Below are positions 48,313 through 57,729 of a DNA stretch of 64,000 nucleotides, one piece after another. Position 1 is the stretch's first letter. The number at the start of each line of letters is the position of its first letter. The stretch is from Elusimicrobiota bacterium (GTDB taxonomy: Bacteria; Elusimicrobiota; Elusimicrobia; Elusimicrobiales; UBA9959). The stretch spans positions 18 through 64,017 of the forward strand of contig JACQPH010000101.1 in assembly GCA_016207645.1 (NCBI GenBank), in the 5' to 3' direction. The notes under the pieces were generated by a model that had not been told where the DNA came from, made no database searches, and worked only from the letters and a program-made list of their open reading frames with translations. The position numbers were made by a program, and so were the translations under genes.

Positions 48313-49062
48313 TCATTTCTTCAGCAGCCATATGTAAGTGGGCATCAGCCAGTAAAGGTAGTTGAAAACGAACAGGGCGGCGGCCTGGGCGAAAGAGCCG
48401 GGGGCGACCATCTCGGTCGCCGAGAACCCGACCGGGTCCCGCAGTATCTTCCGGGTGTAGTCGACGACCTCGAATCCGCGGACCATATCCCTGATCCCGC
48501 CCAGGGTCAGCAGGGTCTCGTAGTAGGAATCGCCGGTCCCGGCCAGCCTGACGTAAACGTGGGCCAGCGGCTTGGGCAGCCACGAAAGGAGCGGCAGCCT
48601 GTGGTGGGGCTCGAGGAAGCCCAGGCGGTTCGCGGCCGCCAGGTAGCAGACGCCGCCGGGTTTGAGCACCCGGCGGATCTCGGAGAACAGTTTCGCGCGG
48701 TCCGGCACGTGCTCGTACACGTGGTTGCAGACCACGACGTCGAAGGAAGCGTCGGCGAACTCCAGCCCTATCCCGTCCTGCGCGACGAAGGCCAGGTTCC
48801 CGGCCTTGAAGCTCGCTTTGGCGTGCTCGACAGCTCTGATGTCGATATCCGCCCCGACGACCTTCCCGAACTCGGAGGCCAGGAGGTTGGCGATGAAGCC
48901 CATGGAGCAGCCGATGTCCAGCAGTTCCAGACCGCCGAGCGCGCCGCCGTAATGGTCGGAGAGGACGGAAAGTATCTTCCGGCCCTTCTGTTCCCTTTTG
49001 GAACTGTCGGACATTTCAGGCTCTATCGCCGAGTAATCGTATTGGTACTTGTCGTTAGCCAT
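48313..49062 (-). CDS. Class I SAM-dependent methyltransferase
   Basis: LDIGCS, FDVVVCNHVYEHV, RVLKPGG. Confidence 0.85.
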   Translation of the reverse strand: MANDKYQYDYSAIEPEMSDSSKREQKGRKILSVLSDHYGGALGGLELLDIGCSMGFIANLLASEFGKVVGADIDIRAVEHAKASFKAGNLAFVAQDGIGLEFADASFDVVVCNHVYEHVPDRAKLFSEIRRVLKPGGVCYLAAANRLGFLEPHHRLPLLSWLPKPLAHVYVRLAGTGDSYYETLLTLGGIRDMVRGFEVVDYTRKILRDPVGFSATEMVAPGSFAQAAALFVFNYLYWLMPTYIWLLKK

Positions 49063-49094
49063 AAGGCGGGGCCGGGGGGAAAAGGCCGGCTCGT

Positions 49095-50054
49095 CTAGTC
49101 GCGGCGGTCTTTCTGCTGCTGCAGGAGCAGCCTTTCCAGCAGTTTCCGGTTGGTGTGGATCAGATTGGAGGTGATCCCCATCAGCAGCATGAAAAAGCCG
49201 ATTATAAGCAGGCCCACGCCGATGGTGAGGGACTGCGCGTAGCCGGTGGGGATGTTCCGGTACACCGACAGGGTGATATAGTAATAAACGAACCTGGCCG
49301 TCAGGAAAAGCCCCGGCAGGCAGAAGAGGGCGGACAGGGAAATGAAAACTTTCAGCGGCGAATAGATATAGACCAGGGTCAGGATGTCCAGCGTGGACTT
49401 CGCCACATATTCCAGGCTGTTGCCCATCAGCCGGGACTTCCTGATGGGCGGGTTCACCGTTATCGGCACGTGCGCGATGCGCACCTTATGGCTGGAGAGC
49501 CGGACCAGGGTCTCCAGGGTATAGGTATAGCTGCTGGCTATCACGTCTATCCAGAGCGCCGCGCTCCGGCTGAAGGCCCGGAAGCCGGAGGTGGCGTCGG
49601 GTATATGCTGGGAGCAGATGAACGAAACTACCCCGCTGCCGGCCCTCTGGGCCAGTTTTTTCAGGCAGGAGAAATGTTCGATGTCGTCGATGTTCCTGGC
49701 GCCCACCACGAACTCGGCCTGTTTCTCCAGGATGGGCTTTATGAGTTCGGGGATGTACCTGCCGGGATACTGGTTGTCGGCGTCGGTGTTGACGATGATG
49801 TCCGCGGCCAGGCCGAGCGAGGCGTCTATGCCGGCCCTGAAGCCGACGGCCAGGCCCTGGTGGTAGGGGAGCTGCACGACCCTGGTCACCCTGGGGTGGG
49901 CTTTTGCGACTTCGGCCGTCCTGTCCGCGCTGCCGTCGTCGATAACGACGATGCCGATCTCGCTTATGCCCGCGATCTTTTCCGGGATGTCGTTTATGGC
50001 GGCCGCGAGGAATTCTTCCTCGTTGTAGCATGGGATCTGGACCACTAATTTCAT
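49095..50054 (-). CDS. GT2 polyprenol-phosphate glycosyltransferase
   Basis: IPCYNE, DDGS, DADNQY, DATSGFRA; two C-terminal TM helices. Confidence 0.88.
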   Translation of the reverse strand: MKLVVQIPCYNEEEFLAAAINDIPEKIAGISEIGIVVIDDGSADRTAEVAKAHPRVTRVVQLPYHQGLAVGFRAGIDASLGLAADIIVNTDADNQYPGRYIPELIKPILEKQAEFVVGARNIDDIEHFSCLKKLAQRAGSGVVSFICSQHIPDATSGFRAFSRSAALWIDVIASSYTYTLETLVRLSSHKVRIAHVPITVNPPIRKSRLMGNSLEYVAKSTLDILTLVYIYSPLKVFISLSALFCLPGLFLTARFVYYYITLSVYRNIPTGYAQSLTIGVGLLIIGFFMLLMGITSNLIHTNRKLLERLLLQQQKDRRD

Positions 50055-50138
50055 CGGTACCCTTTCCTCCCCGCGAAGCGTTCCCGCCGTAAAACCTGCG
50101 GATATTATACTACATAAAGCGCGGCGGCCCGGCGGGGC

Positions 50139-51998
50139 TCAGCCGTACTTTTTCAGCCACAGGAACAGCGAGACCAGGCAGGTCAGCCTGCGGGTATTGT
50201 CGCGGCGCCCTTCGCAGTGCTCCTTCAGCAGTTTTTCGGCGAAAGCGTAGTCGCAGAAGCCGGGGGCGGCGGCGCGCGCCGCGCTTATGGAATCCAGCGT
50301 GAATTCCTTCAGCCCGCCTTTCAGCCATTCCCCGGTGGGCATGCTGAAGCCTTTTTTCGGCATTTTCAATATTTCTTCCGGCAGGTACTTCCTGAGGGCC
50401 TTGCGGATGATGTGTTTCGTGGTGAAGCCCTTCAGCTTCAGGCCGAGCGGGACCTCCTCGGAGAGGTCCATCATCTCATTGTCCAGGAAAGGCACGCGGG
50501 CTTCCTGGGAATTGAACATGGTCACGAGGTCGGTGGCGTGCAGGGCGCAATAGGGCAGGAAGACGTTCAGGTCCAGGTAGAGCAGCCTGTTCAGCAGGCG
50601 GCCGCCGGCCACGTCCGGCAGATGCTGCGCGAACACTTCGAAAGGGTCCTCGTGTTCCACGCCCGGCAGGAGCAGTTTTATCTCGTCGGCGGTGAAGATC
50701 TCCTTGTACTTCAGGTGGGCTACTTCCGGCCTGAAGGCCGCGCCGCGGGTGAAGGACTTCAGCTTGAAGTCCAGGCTGAGGCGGCTGGTGGAGACGGGGA
50801 GGCGCTCCGCGGCCGCGCGCAGGGCCGCCTGCACCGGGCCGGGCAGGTACTGGTAGAAGCGGCCTACCTTGGCGGCGGACAGCGTCGGGTAGCCGGCGAA
50901 AAGTTCGTCCCCGCCCGCGCCGGTCAGCGCCACGGTTATGTCCTTCCTGGACAGCGCCGAGACGCGGCCCATCGCCAGGTAGGTCCAGTCCCCGTGCGGC
51001 TCGGCGAAGCGCTCCACGGCCGCGGGGAGGTCCTTTATGATGTCGGCGGGGCCGAGCAGGCAGTCGTGATGGTCGGTGCCGTATTTCCGGGCTACCAGGC
51101 GGGCGCCGTCCAGCTCGTTATAGGTGCCGCCGTCCTCGTAGCCCACGGTATAGGTTTTCGGCTTTACGCCGAGTTTGGCCATCATGGCCACTATGGCGGT
51201 GGAATCGAGGCCGCTGGAAAGGAAGACTCCCAGCGGCACGTCGCTGACCAGCTGGCGCTTCACGGAATTGAGCAGGGCCGCTTCTATGCGCTCCTCCGCT
51301 TCCCGCTCGGTCATCTTCACGGGGCGGAAGCGGTACTGCCAGTAGCGCTTCAACTCGGCTTTCCCGCCGCCTATCTTTATGCAGTGGCCCTGCGGCAGGC
51401 GGCGTATATGCCTGAAGACGGAGCGGGGGGAGGAAATGTAGTAGAAGGAAAGGTAGTTGGCCAGCGCCTGGCCGTCCAGGTCGCGGGGCACCGCTGTATA
51501 GGCCAGCAGGGCCTTTATTTCAGAGGCGAAGAAGAGGGAGCCGCCGATATCGGCGTAGAAAAGCGGCTTCACTCCGGCGCGGTCGCGCGCGAGGAACAGT
51601 TCCTCCTTGCGGGCGTCCCAGACGGCCAGCGCGAACATGCCGTTGAGCCTTTCCAGGCAGTTCTCGCCCAGCTCCTCGTAGAGGTGGACTATGACCTCCG
51701 TGTCGGAATTGGTACTGAAGCGGTGGCGGCCTTCCAGTTCTTTCCGCAGCTCACGGTAATTGTAGATCTCGCCGTTGAGGAACACGGCCAGGGAGCCGTC
51801 TTCGCTGTACACCGGCTGGCGCCCGCCTTCCAGGTCTATGATCTTCAGGCGGCGCATCCCCAGGCCGCAGTGGCGGTCTACGAGCAGGCCCTCGTCCTCC
51901 GGGCCGCGGTGGTACATCTCGAAGAGCGGCCCCTTGAGCTCGGCTTCCCGCACCGGGGCCTTCGAGGCGTAGTTTATCCTGCCGGTTATTCCGCACAT
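50139..51998 (-). CDS. asnB: Asparagine synthase (glutamine-hydrolysing)-like amidotransferase
   Basis: MCGI N-terminus, HRGP, NGEIYN, LSSGLDS, GGDELFAGY, RVPFLD. Confidence 0.9.
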   Translation of the reverse strand: MCGITGRINYASKAPVREAELKGPLFEMYHRGPEDEGLLVDRHCGLGMRRLKIIDLEGGRQPVYSEDGSLAVFLNGEIYNYRELRKELEGRHRFSTNSDTEVIVHLYEELGENCLERLNGMFALAVWDARKEELFLARDRAGVKPLFYADIGGSLFFASEIKALLAYTAVPRDLDGQALANYLSFYYISSPRSVFRHIRRLPQGHCIKIGGGKAELKRYWQYRFRPVKMTEREAEERIEAALLNSVKRQLVSDVPLGVFLSSGLDSTAIVAMMAKLGVKPKTYTVGYEDGGTYNELDGARLVARKYGTDHHDCLLGPADIIKDLPAAVERFAEPHGDWTYLAMGRVSALSRKDITVALTGAGGDELFAGYPTLSAAKVGRFYQYLPGPVQAALRAAAERLPVSTSRLSLDFKLKSFTRGAAFRPEVAHLKYKEIFTADEIKLLLPGVEHEDPFEVFAQHLPDVAGGRLLNRLLYLDLNVFLPYCALHATDLVTMFNSQEARVPFLDNEMMDLSEEVPLGLKLKGFTTKHIIRKALRKYLPEEILKMPKKGFSMPTGEWLKGGLKEFTLDSISAARAAAPGFCDYAFAEKLLKEHCEGRRDNTRRLTCLVSLFLWLKKYG

Positions 51999-53794
51999 GG
52001 TTTAAACAGTACCAGTTTATTGCCGTGATAGTCGAAAAGTTTTTCGCGGCAGAGGGCGCCGGCGGCCTCCAGTTCCTTCGCTATGGAGGGGAGGTCCGTC
52101 CTCAGCCCGGCGAAGGGGCTGTACGGCAGCAGCAGGAAGTCGAAGGCGCCGTCCCGGAAAGCCCGCGCCGCCTTCTCCGCCGAGAAACCCGGCGGCAGGT
52201 CCCTGTCCCAGGCCAGCTTGCCGGCCATGCCGTGTTTGGCCAGGTAGTAGTGGCTCGGCTCCACTTCCATCGGCGCGTAGATCTTCAGGCCGGGCCTGTT
52301 CAGGGACTTGAAATATTCCACGGCCTCCCAGTAGGGGAAGCTGTTCCCGTGATAATTGAACACGGTCCTGCGCTGGTAGGGGTTCTTCGCGAAGACGGAC
52401 TGGAAAACGAACAGGGCCAGCAGGCCGGCGGCCAGCGGCTTCGCCAGGCGCCCGGGCAGGGCCGCGGCCAGGTCCGAGACCGCCAGCAGCAGCATGAGCA
52501 CCAGGCCGATGTAGAAAGGCTGCGCGTGGCGCACGAAGCCGACGGCCAGGGTGGCGCTTATCATGAGATAATAAGCGGCGGAAAAGTACAGCAGCAGGGC
52601 CGTTTCCAGGTTCCTGCGGCGGTACAGGACATAGGCGGCGGAGGCCGCCAGCAGCGCGGTTATGGGCGCGCCGCAGGTCATATAGATCACTTTCAGATTT
52701 AAGGTCATTATAGCCGGGTCGTACAGGTATTCGTAGACCAGGGCGGTGTTCCGTATGCCGTAGGCCGCGCTTATCAGAATGAAAGGCAGCCCGACGAGAA
52801 GCGGCATGGCCAGGGTTTTCAGGCCGTATAGCCAGGCTTCGCGCCGCTGCGGATAGACCAACCATAAAGCCGCCAGGGCCGGGATGAAGGAGAGCACGAG
52901 GCCGAGCAGCAGCTGTTTATAGAAGAAACCGGCCGCGGTCCAGAAGGCGCATTTGAGGAACTCCTCCCGCTCCCCGGTAGCCGCGGCTTTCATGAAATGG
53001 AAAATGGAGGCCGCGAAGAACAGCACCGTGCCGGCCTCCAGCTCGGCGCTGGTGCCCAGGTTGAAGAAGGTGGGGAAAAAGGCCGCCAGCAGGTAGGCCA
53101 GGCGCGGCGGCGGGCCGGCCTTCATCAGTTTCAGCAGGCGCAGCAGGTAGACGGCGGCCAGTACCAGCAGAAAGAACTGCGCCGCGCGCGGCGCCGCCTC
53201 GTTAACTCCCAGCAGCAGGTAGGCCGGCAGGTAGAGGAACTTCGCCAGCGGGGGATAGCGCAGGACGGTCTCGAACCGGCCTATGGCTTCGGCCAGGCCG
53301 AAGCGCAGCGAGGCGAAGAAGAACAGATTCCCGGCGGCGGCGAGGCCCAGCACGGCGGCGCCCCGGCCCGGCAGTTCCATGCCTTTCCGGTAAAGCCCGA
53401 CCGCGGCCGCGGCCGTTATGGCGGCCAGCGGCAGGAAGAGCGCCGGCAGCAGGCGTATGTCCAGACCCAGGGCTGTGGTAGCGCGGCCCAGCAGCCAGGC
53501 CGGCGGACCGGCATGGGACTGGTCGTCGGCGCCGGTGGGAAGGGGGGTAAGCCATAAGAAAAGAGAGGCGGCGGCGGCCAGCAGGACGGCCGGCCAGAGC
53601 TCTTTCAGTTCGGGGAAAGAGGCTTCCGGGGAAACTTCGCCGAGAGGGCTGTAGAGCGCGGCCGCCGAAAGGAGGATAAAAAAGTTGAGGAGCGCCCACT
53701 GCGCGGGCCAGGGCAGCGGCAGATGCCAGACCGGGTAGAAAATATACGAGAAGGCCGTCAGCAGGAAGAGCGCCCAGTTCAGCCGGACCTTCAT
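51986..53794 (-). CDS. Polytopic membrane protein, possible GT-C glycosyltransferase
   Basis: Many TM helices; DD in first loop; RYPPL; FVRH. Confidence 0.55.
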   Translation of the reverse strand: MKVRLNWALFLLTAFSYIFYPVWHLPLPWPAQWALLNFFILLSAAALYSPLGEVSPEASFPELKELWPAVLLAAAASLFLWLTPLPTGADDQSHAGPPAWLLGRATTALGLDIRLLPALFLPLAAITAAAAVGLYRKGMELPGRGAAVLGLAAAGNLFFFASLRFGLAEAIGRFETVLRYPPLAKFLYLPAYLLLGVNEAAPRAAQFFLLVLAAVYLLRLLKLMKAGPPPRLAYLLAAFFPTFFNLGTSAELEAGTVLFFAASIFHFMKAAATGEREEFLKCAFWTAAGFFYKQLLLGLVLSFIPALAALWLVYPQRREAWLYGLKTLAMPLLVGLPFILISAAYGIRNTALVYEYLYDPAIMTLNLKVIYMTCGAPITALLAASAAYVLYRRRNLETALLLYFSAAYYLMISATLAVGFVRHAQPFYIGLVLMLLLAVSDLAAALPGRLAKPLAAGLLALFVFQSVFAKNPYQRRTVFNYHGNSFPYWEAVEYFKSLNRPGLKIYAPMEVEPSHYYLAKHGMAGKLAWDRDLPPGFSAEKAARAFRDGAFDFLLLPYSPFAGLRTDLPSIAKELEAAGALCREKLFDYHGNKLVLFKPCAE

Positions 53795-53859
53795 TTCGTC
53801 GCCCTTATAAGCGCGCGAGCGGCAGCGAGCTTTCCCCGTAAGTTTAGCCGGACCTTCAT
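53791..53859 (-). CDS. 22-aa mini-ORF MKVRLNLRGKLAAARALIRATK (relay unit 2)
   Basis: ATG overlaps the stop of unit 1; TGA overlaps the ATG of 51986..53794. Confidence 0.4.
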   Translation of the reverse strand: MKVRLNLRGKLAAARALIRATK

Positions 53860-53924
53860 TTCGTCGCCCTTATAAGCGCGCGAGCGGCAGCGAGCTTTCC
53901 CCGTAAGTTTAGCCGGACCTTCAT
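53856..53924 (-). CDS. 22-aa mini-ORF MKVRLNLRGKLAAARALIRATK (relay unit 1)
   Basis: ATG overlaps the TGA of the methyltransferase; own TGA overlaps the next ATG. Confidence 0.4.
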   Translation of the reverse strand: MKVRLNLRGKLAAARALIRATK

Positions 53925-54643
53925 TTCGTCGCCCTTATAAGCAGGGAGCCGGCTATTTCCCGCAGGAGCGGAAGGCGCTCCAGGAGGGCGCCGAACTTAT
54001 CGGCGGCCGGGGCCAGCGCCCCGGGCACCCAGGGGTGCAGGAAATCGAAAGGCTCCGTCTTCACCCCGGAAAAGCCGGCGTCCAGCAGCGTCCCTTTTAT
54101 CTGCCAGCGGAAAAAAGCGGTCTCGTCGGGCGAGTCGCCCATGAAGGCCTTGAGCGGCGGGATATTCTTCTGGAGCATGATCTGCGGGTTCAGCATGTTG
54201 GGTTCGGTGAAAACGAAGTTCCCGCCGGGCTTGAGCACGCGCAGCATCTCCGGGAGGGCTTTGGGCAGGTTCAGGTGGTGCAGCACGGAGCTGCCGTAGA
54301 CGCAGTCGAAGGAATTCTCCGGGAAGTCCAGTTCCTCCACGTTCATGACCCGATACTTCACGTTGGGCGCGGGGTTCTGCGCGCGGGCCCTTTCCACCAG
54401 TTCCGGGGAGAGTTCTACGGCGGTGATGTCCGCGCCGCTGCGGGCTATCAGGGCCGTGAAGATCCCGGTGCCGCAGCCTATCTCCAGGGCCTTTTTGTGA
54501 GGCCCGAGGGCTCCGGCCGACCTATACATCCTCGCCCTGCGCTCGGCGCGGAGCCGCCCGGCCGGGCCGGACCAGCCCCAGTAGAACTCGGCGTTCCCGG
54601 AAATTTTCCGCCCGTGGGCCAGTTCGTTCTCTATTCTTTCCAT
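53921..54643 (-). CDS. Class I SAM-dependent methyltransferase
   Basis: LEIGCGTG, FDCVYGSSVLHH, RVLKPGG, EPN. Confidence 0.88.
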   Translation of the reverse strand: MERIENELAHGRKISGNAEFYWGWSGPAGRLRAERRARMYRSAGALGPHKKALEIGCGTGIFTALIARSGADITAVELSPELVERARAQNPAPNVKYRVMNVEELDFPENSFDCVYGSSVLHHLNLPKALPEMLRVLKPGGNFVFTEPNMLNPQIMLQKNIPPLKAFMGDSPDETAFFRWQIKGTLLDAGFSGVKTEPFDFLHPWVPGALAPAADKFGALLERLPLLREIAGSLLIRATK

Positions 54644-54660
54644 TCAGTCGATCGTAAGGG

Positions 54661-54833
54661 ATCCGTAACTGCTCAGGTAGTGGAGGGTTGGCAGGGGTTT
54701 TGTTTCGCGAACCCCTTGCGGAAGGGGGGCCCCGCTTCGGGGGGAAACCGACGCAAGGGTTTCCCTCTTCCGGGGTTCGCGGGGCAAAACCCCAGCCAGC
54801 CCGAACCCCGTAGCGACCTGAGCAGTTACGGAT
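54661..54833 (+). repeat. Dispersed palindromic element, copy 5 (most intact)
   Basis: Perfect 18-bp terminal inverted repeat atccgtaactgctcaggt / acctgagcagttacggat enclosing nested stems. Confidence 0.92.
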
Positions 54834-54853
54834 ATTTACAGGTTCTTTACCCG

Positions 54854-55990
54854 TTACTTGCCGACGCTTACCGTGAGCGAAGCCTTCACGGCGTCGGTCA
54901 CGGTCTTGATCTGCCCGTCGGTCAGTTCCGGGAACATCGGCAGCGAGAAGACGGTGTCCTGCACGGCTTCGCAGACGGGCAGGTCGCCGCGCTTGCCGCC
55001 CAGCCGCGCGTACGCCTCCTGCAGGTGCAGCGCTATCGGGTAGTAGATCTGGTTGGCGATGCCCTGTTCGGTCAGGTATTTCTGCGCATTGTCGCGCTTG
55101 GCCTTGGTGTCGAAGCGGATGGTGTAATAGTTGAAGGAGTGCCGCGCGTTGGCCGGCACCACCGGGGTGACGCAGACGCCTTTCAGGGCTTCGGCGTACT
55201 TGGCGGCCACCGTGTTGCGCAGCTCGGTCCACTTCTCCACGTGCTTGAGGCGCACTGAGAGCACGGCGGCCTGCACGGTGTCGAGGCGGCTGTTGAAGCC
55301 CTCCATCTCGTGGTGATAGCGCACCTTGCTGCCGTGGTTGCGCAGCTGCTTGAGGGTTTCCAGTATCCTGTCGTCGCTGGTGGTGACGGCCCCGCCGTCG
55401 CCGAAAGCGCCCAGGTTCTTGGCCGGGAAGAAGCTGTAAGTGCCGCAGTCGCCTATGGAGCCGAGGTATTTCCAGCCGCCGCCGTTCAGCTTGTACTTGC
55501 CGGTAAAAGCCTGCGCGGTGTCCTCTATGAGCCTGAGGTCGTGTTTCTTCGCCAGCGCCAGGAAGGCGTCCATGTCGCAGGGCATGCCGTAGAGGTGCAC
55601 CGGGACGATGGCCTTCGTCTTTCTGGTGATCTTCTTCTCCGCCGACCTGGGGTCGAGATTATAGGTCACCGGGTCTATGTCGGCGAACACCGGGATGGCG
55701 CCGACCTGGCTGATGGTCTCGCTGGTGGCTATGAAAGTGAAGGGGGAGGTGATGACCTCGTCGCCGGCCTTTATGCCGCTGGCGAGGAAGGCCATCCGCA
55801 GGGCGTCGGTGCCGTTGGCCACGCCTACCGCGTACTTCGCGCCGTTATGGGCGGCGAACTCCTTCTCGAACCCGGCGACTTCCTCGCCCAGTATGAAATT
55901 GGCCTTGTTGAAAACGTTCTTTACCGCGGTCTCTATCTCGTCCTTTATGGGGGGGTAGCCCGCCAGCATGTCTACCATGGGTACTTTCAT
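54854..55990 (-). CDS. DegT/DnrJ/EryC1/StrS sugar aminotransferase
   Basis: NGTDAL, PVHLYG, EDTAQA, SFFPAKNLGAFGDGG, NSRLD; RBS aggagg. Confidence 0.93.
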   Translation of the reverse strand: MKVPMVDMLAGYPPIKDEIETAVKNVFNKANFILGEEVAGFEKEFAAHNGAKYAVGVANGTDALRMAFLASGIKAGDEVITSPFTFIATSETISQVGAIPVFADIDPVTYNLDPRSAEKKITRKTKAIVPVHLYGMPCDMDAFLALAKKHDLRLIEDTAQAFTGKYKLNGGGWKYLGSIGDCGTYSFFPAKNLGAFGDGGAVTTSDDRILETLKQLRNHGSKVRYHHEMEGFNSRLDTVQAAVLSVRLKHVEKWTELRNTVAAKYAEALKGVCVTPVVPANARHSFNYYTIRFDTKAKRDNAQKYLTEQGIANQIYYPIALHLQEAYARLGGKRGDLPVCEAVQDTVFSLPMFPELTDGQIKTVTDAVKASLTVSVGK

Positions 55991-56077
55991 GATCTTCCTC
56001 CTGAGCGTTCGTCTCATAATTATTATATTAAAGTAAGCCGTGAAAGGCCACCCGCCCGTGTAACTCTTTCTCAACTT

Positions 56078-56086
56078 TGTTATAAT
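56078..56086 (+). promoter_or_regulatory. Extended -10 promoter (TGnTATAAT) for the GT2-rmlD-wecA operon
   Basis: tgttataat in the AT-rich divergent intergenic region. Confidence 0.5.
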
Positions 56087-56142
56087 CTAAACCGGCATGG
56101 CCGTCCGATACGCATAGCGCCCGATACGGCACCGACATAGTC

Positions 56143-56859
56143 ATGAAAACCACTATAGTGATCCCGTCTTATAACGAGATGAAAACCCTGCCGGCCGTGC
56201 TGAAGGCCCTGGCCGGGCTGGCCCTCGAAAAAGAGGTGATAGTGGTGGACGACGGCTCCCGCGACGGCACCCGCGACTGGCTGGACAAAGCCGTTTCCGC
56301 CAAAGAATTTCCCTACGAACTGAAGGTCATAAAGCATGAAAAGAACGCCGGCAAGGGCGGCGCCCTGCTCACGGGATTCGGCGCGGCCTCCGGGGACATC
56401 GTGATAGTCCAGGACGCGGACCTGGAGTACGACCCGAACTACATCCCTTCCATCGTGAAGCCCATCGCGGAGGGCCGGGCCGACGCGGTATTCGGCTCCA
56501 GGCTCCTCGTCCGGGGCAAGGCCGAGCCCTATAATATCTTCTACCTCTGGGGGAACGAGTTCCTCACTTTCCTCGTGAACATTTTTTTCGGCTCCAGGAT
56601 GACGGATTCCTATACCTGCTACAAGGCCTTCCGCGCCCCGCTGCTCAGAAAAATGCGCCTTGTTTCGGCGGGGTTCGAGATAGAGGCGGAAATGTCCTGC
56701 AAGACCGCTTTCCTGGGGCTCAGGTTCGAGGAATTCCCGATAGTCTACGCTTCCCGCTCCCGGCGGGACGGCAAGAAAATAAATTACAAGGACGCCATAA
56801 AAGGCGTGCTCAAGATACTCGCGCTGAGGTTTACCCTGCGACGGGCGGACTTCGATTAA
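56143..56859 (+). CDS. GT2 DPM1-like glycosyltransferase
   Basis: IPSYNE, DDGS, NAGKG, QDADLEYDP, TCYK. Confidence 0.9.
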   Translation: MKTTIVIPSYNEMKTLPAVLKALAGLALEKEVIVVDDGSRDGTRDWLDKAVSAKEFPYELKVIKHEKNAGKGGALLTGFGAASGDIVIVQDADLEYDPNYIPSIVKPIAEGRADAVFGSRLLVRGKAEPYNIFYLWGNEFLTFLVNIFFGSRMTDSYTCYKAFRAPLLRKMRLVSAGFEIEAEMSCKTAFLGLRFEEFPIVYASRSRRDGKKINYKDAIKGVLKILALRFTLRRADFD

Positions 56860-57729
56860 ATGAAGGCTTTGATCATAGGCGCTTCGGGGCAGGTGGGGGG
56901 GACTCTGTCCTCCCTCTGCGTGAGGCGCAAGATAGAGGTTTACGGCACTTCCCGCTTCGGGCAGGGCTTCCTTTACCTGGACCTGGCCGCTCCCGCCAGC
57001 GTCTCCGCCGCTTTCGCGAAAGCCCGCCCGGACCTGGTGCTGCTCTGCTCGGCTATGACGCACGTGGACGGCTGCGAGCGCGACCCGGAGCTGGCCCGCA
57101 GCGTGAACGCCGCCGGCCCGGCCCTGGTGGCCGCCGAATGCCGCCGGTCAGGGGCCAAACTGGCCTATTTCTCCACGGAATACGTTTTCGACGGGAGGAA
57201 CGGGCCCTACGGCGAGGAGGACGCGCCTAACCCGGTGAGCGTCTATGGCCGTACCAAGCTGGAAGGCGAGCGCGCCGTGCTGGAACTGGAAGGGGCGCTG
57301 TCGGTGCGCACTACCGTGGTTTACAGCCACAACCCCGCTTCCAAGAACTTCATCATGCAGCTGATAAACAATCACCGTTCCGGGCTCAGGATGCGCGTAC
57401 CCTCGGACCAGGTCTCCAACCCCACCTACGCCCCCGACCTGGCCGCCGCCGTGCTGGACCTGGCGGAGAAAGGCGCTTCCGGGATCTATAACGTGGTGGC
57501 CCCCGACCGGCTGGGCCGTTACGATTTCGCGCTGAAGGCCTGCGCCGCTTTCGGCTTCGACCCCGGCTTCCTGGAGCCCGCGCTTACTTCGGAACTCGGC
57601 CAGGCGGCCGAAAGGCCCCTGGTAGCGGGCCTTAAGACGGAAAAGCTGGAGCGGGAACTGGGCCGCGGCCTTCCTCCGGCGGAGGAAAGCCTGCGCAGGA
57701 TCGCCGCTCTGATAAAGCAATATGAATGA
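56860..57729 (+). CDS. rmlD: dTDP-4-dehydrorhamnose reductase-like SDR
   Basis: GASGQVG, VDGCE, STEYVFDG, YGRTKLEGE, DQVSNPT. Confidence 0.8.
   Translation: MKALIIGASGQVGGTLSSLCVRRKIEVYGTSRFGQGFLYLDLAAPASVSAAFAKARPDLVLLCSAMTHVDGCERDPELARSVNAAGPALVAAECRRSGAKLAYFSTEYVFDGRNGPYGEEDAPNPVSVYGRTKLEGERAVLELEGALSVRTTVVYSHNPASKNFIMQLINNHRSGLRMRVPSDQVSNPTYAPDLAAAVLDLAEKGASGIYNVVAPDRLGRYDFALKACAAFGFDPGFLEPALTSELGQAAERPLVAGLKTEKLERELGRGLPPAEESLRRIAALIKQYE

Larger units (their letters stand above)
53781..53942. repeat. 65-bp tandem repeat (2.5 units) triplicating a stop/start gene junction
   Basis: 32-mer agccggaccttcatttcgtcgcccttataagc at 53781, 53846 and 53911, separated by identical 33-mers. Confidence 0.95.

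Noticed and set aside
53781-53942. CRISPR-like geometry (32-bp repeats, 33-bp spacers)
   Set aside because: The spacers are identical, the repeat is the coding junction of the flanking genes, and no cas genes or leader are present
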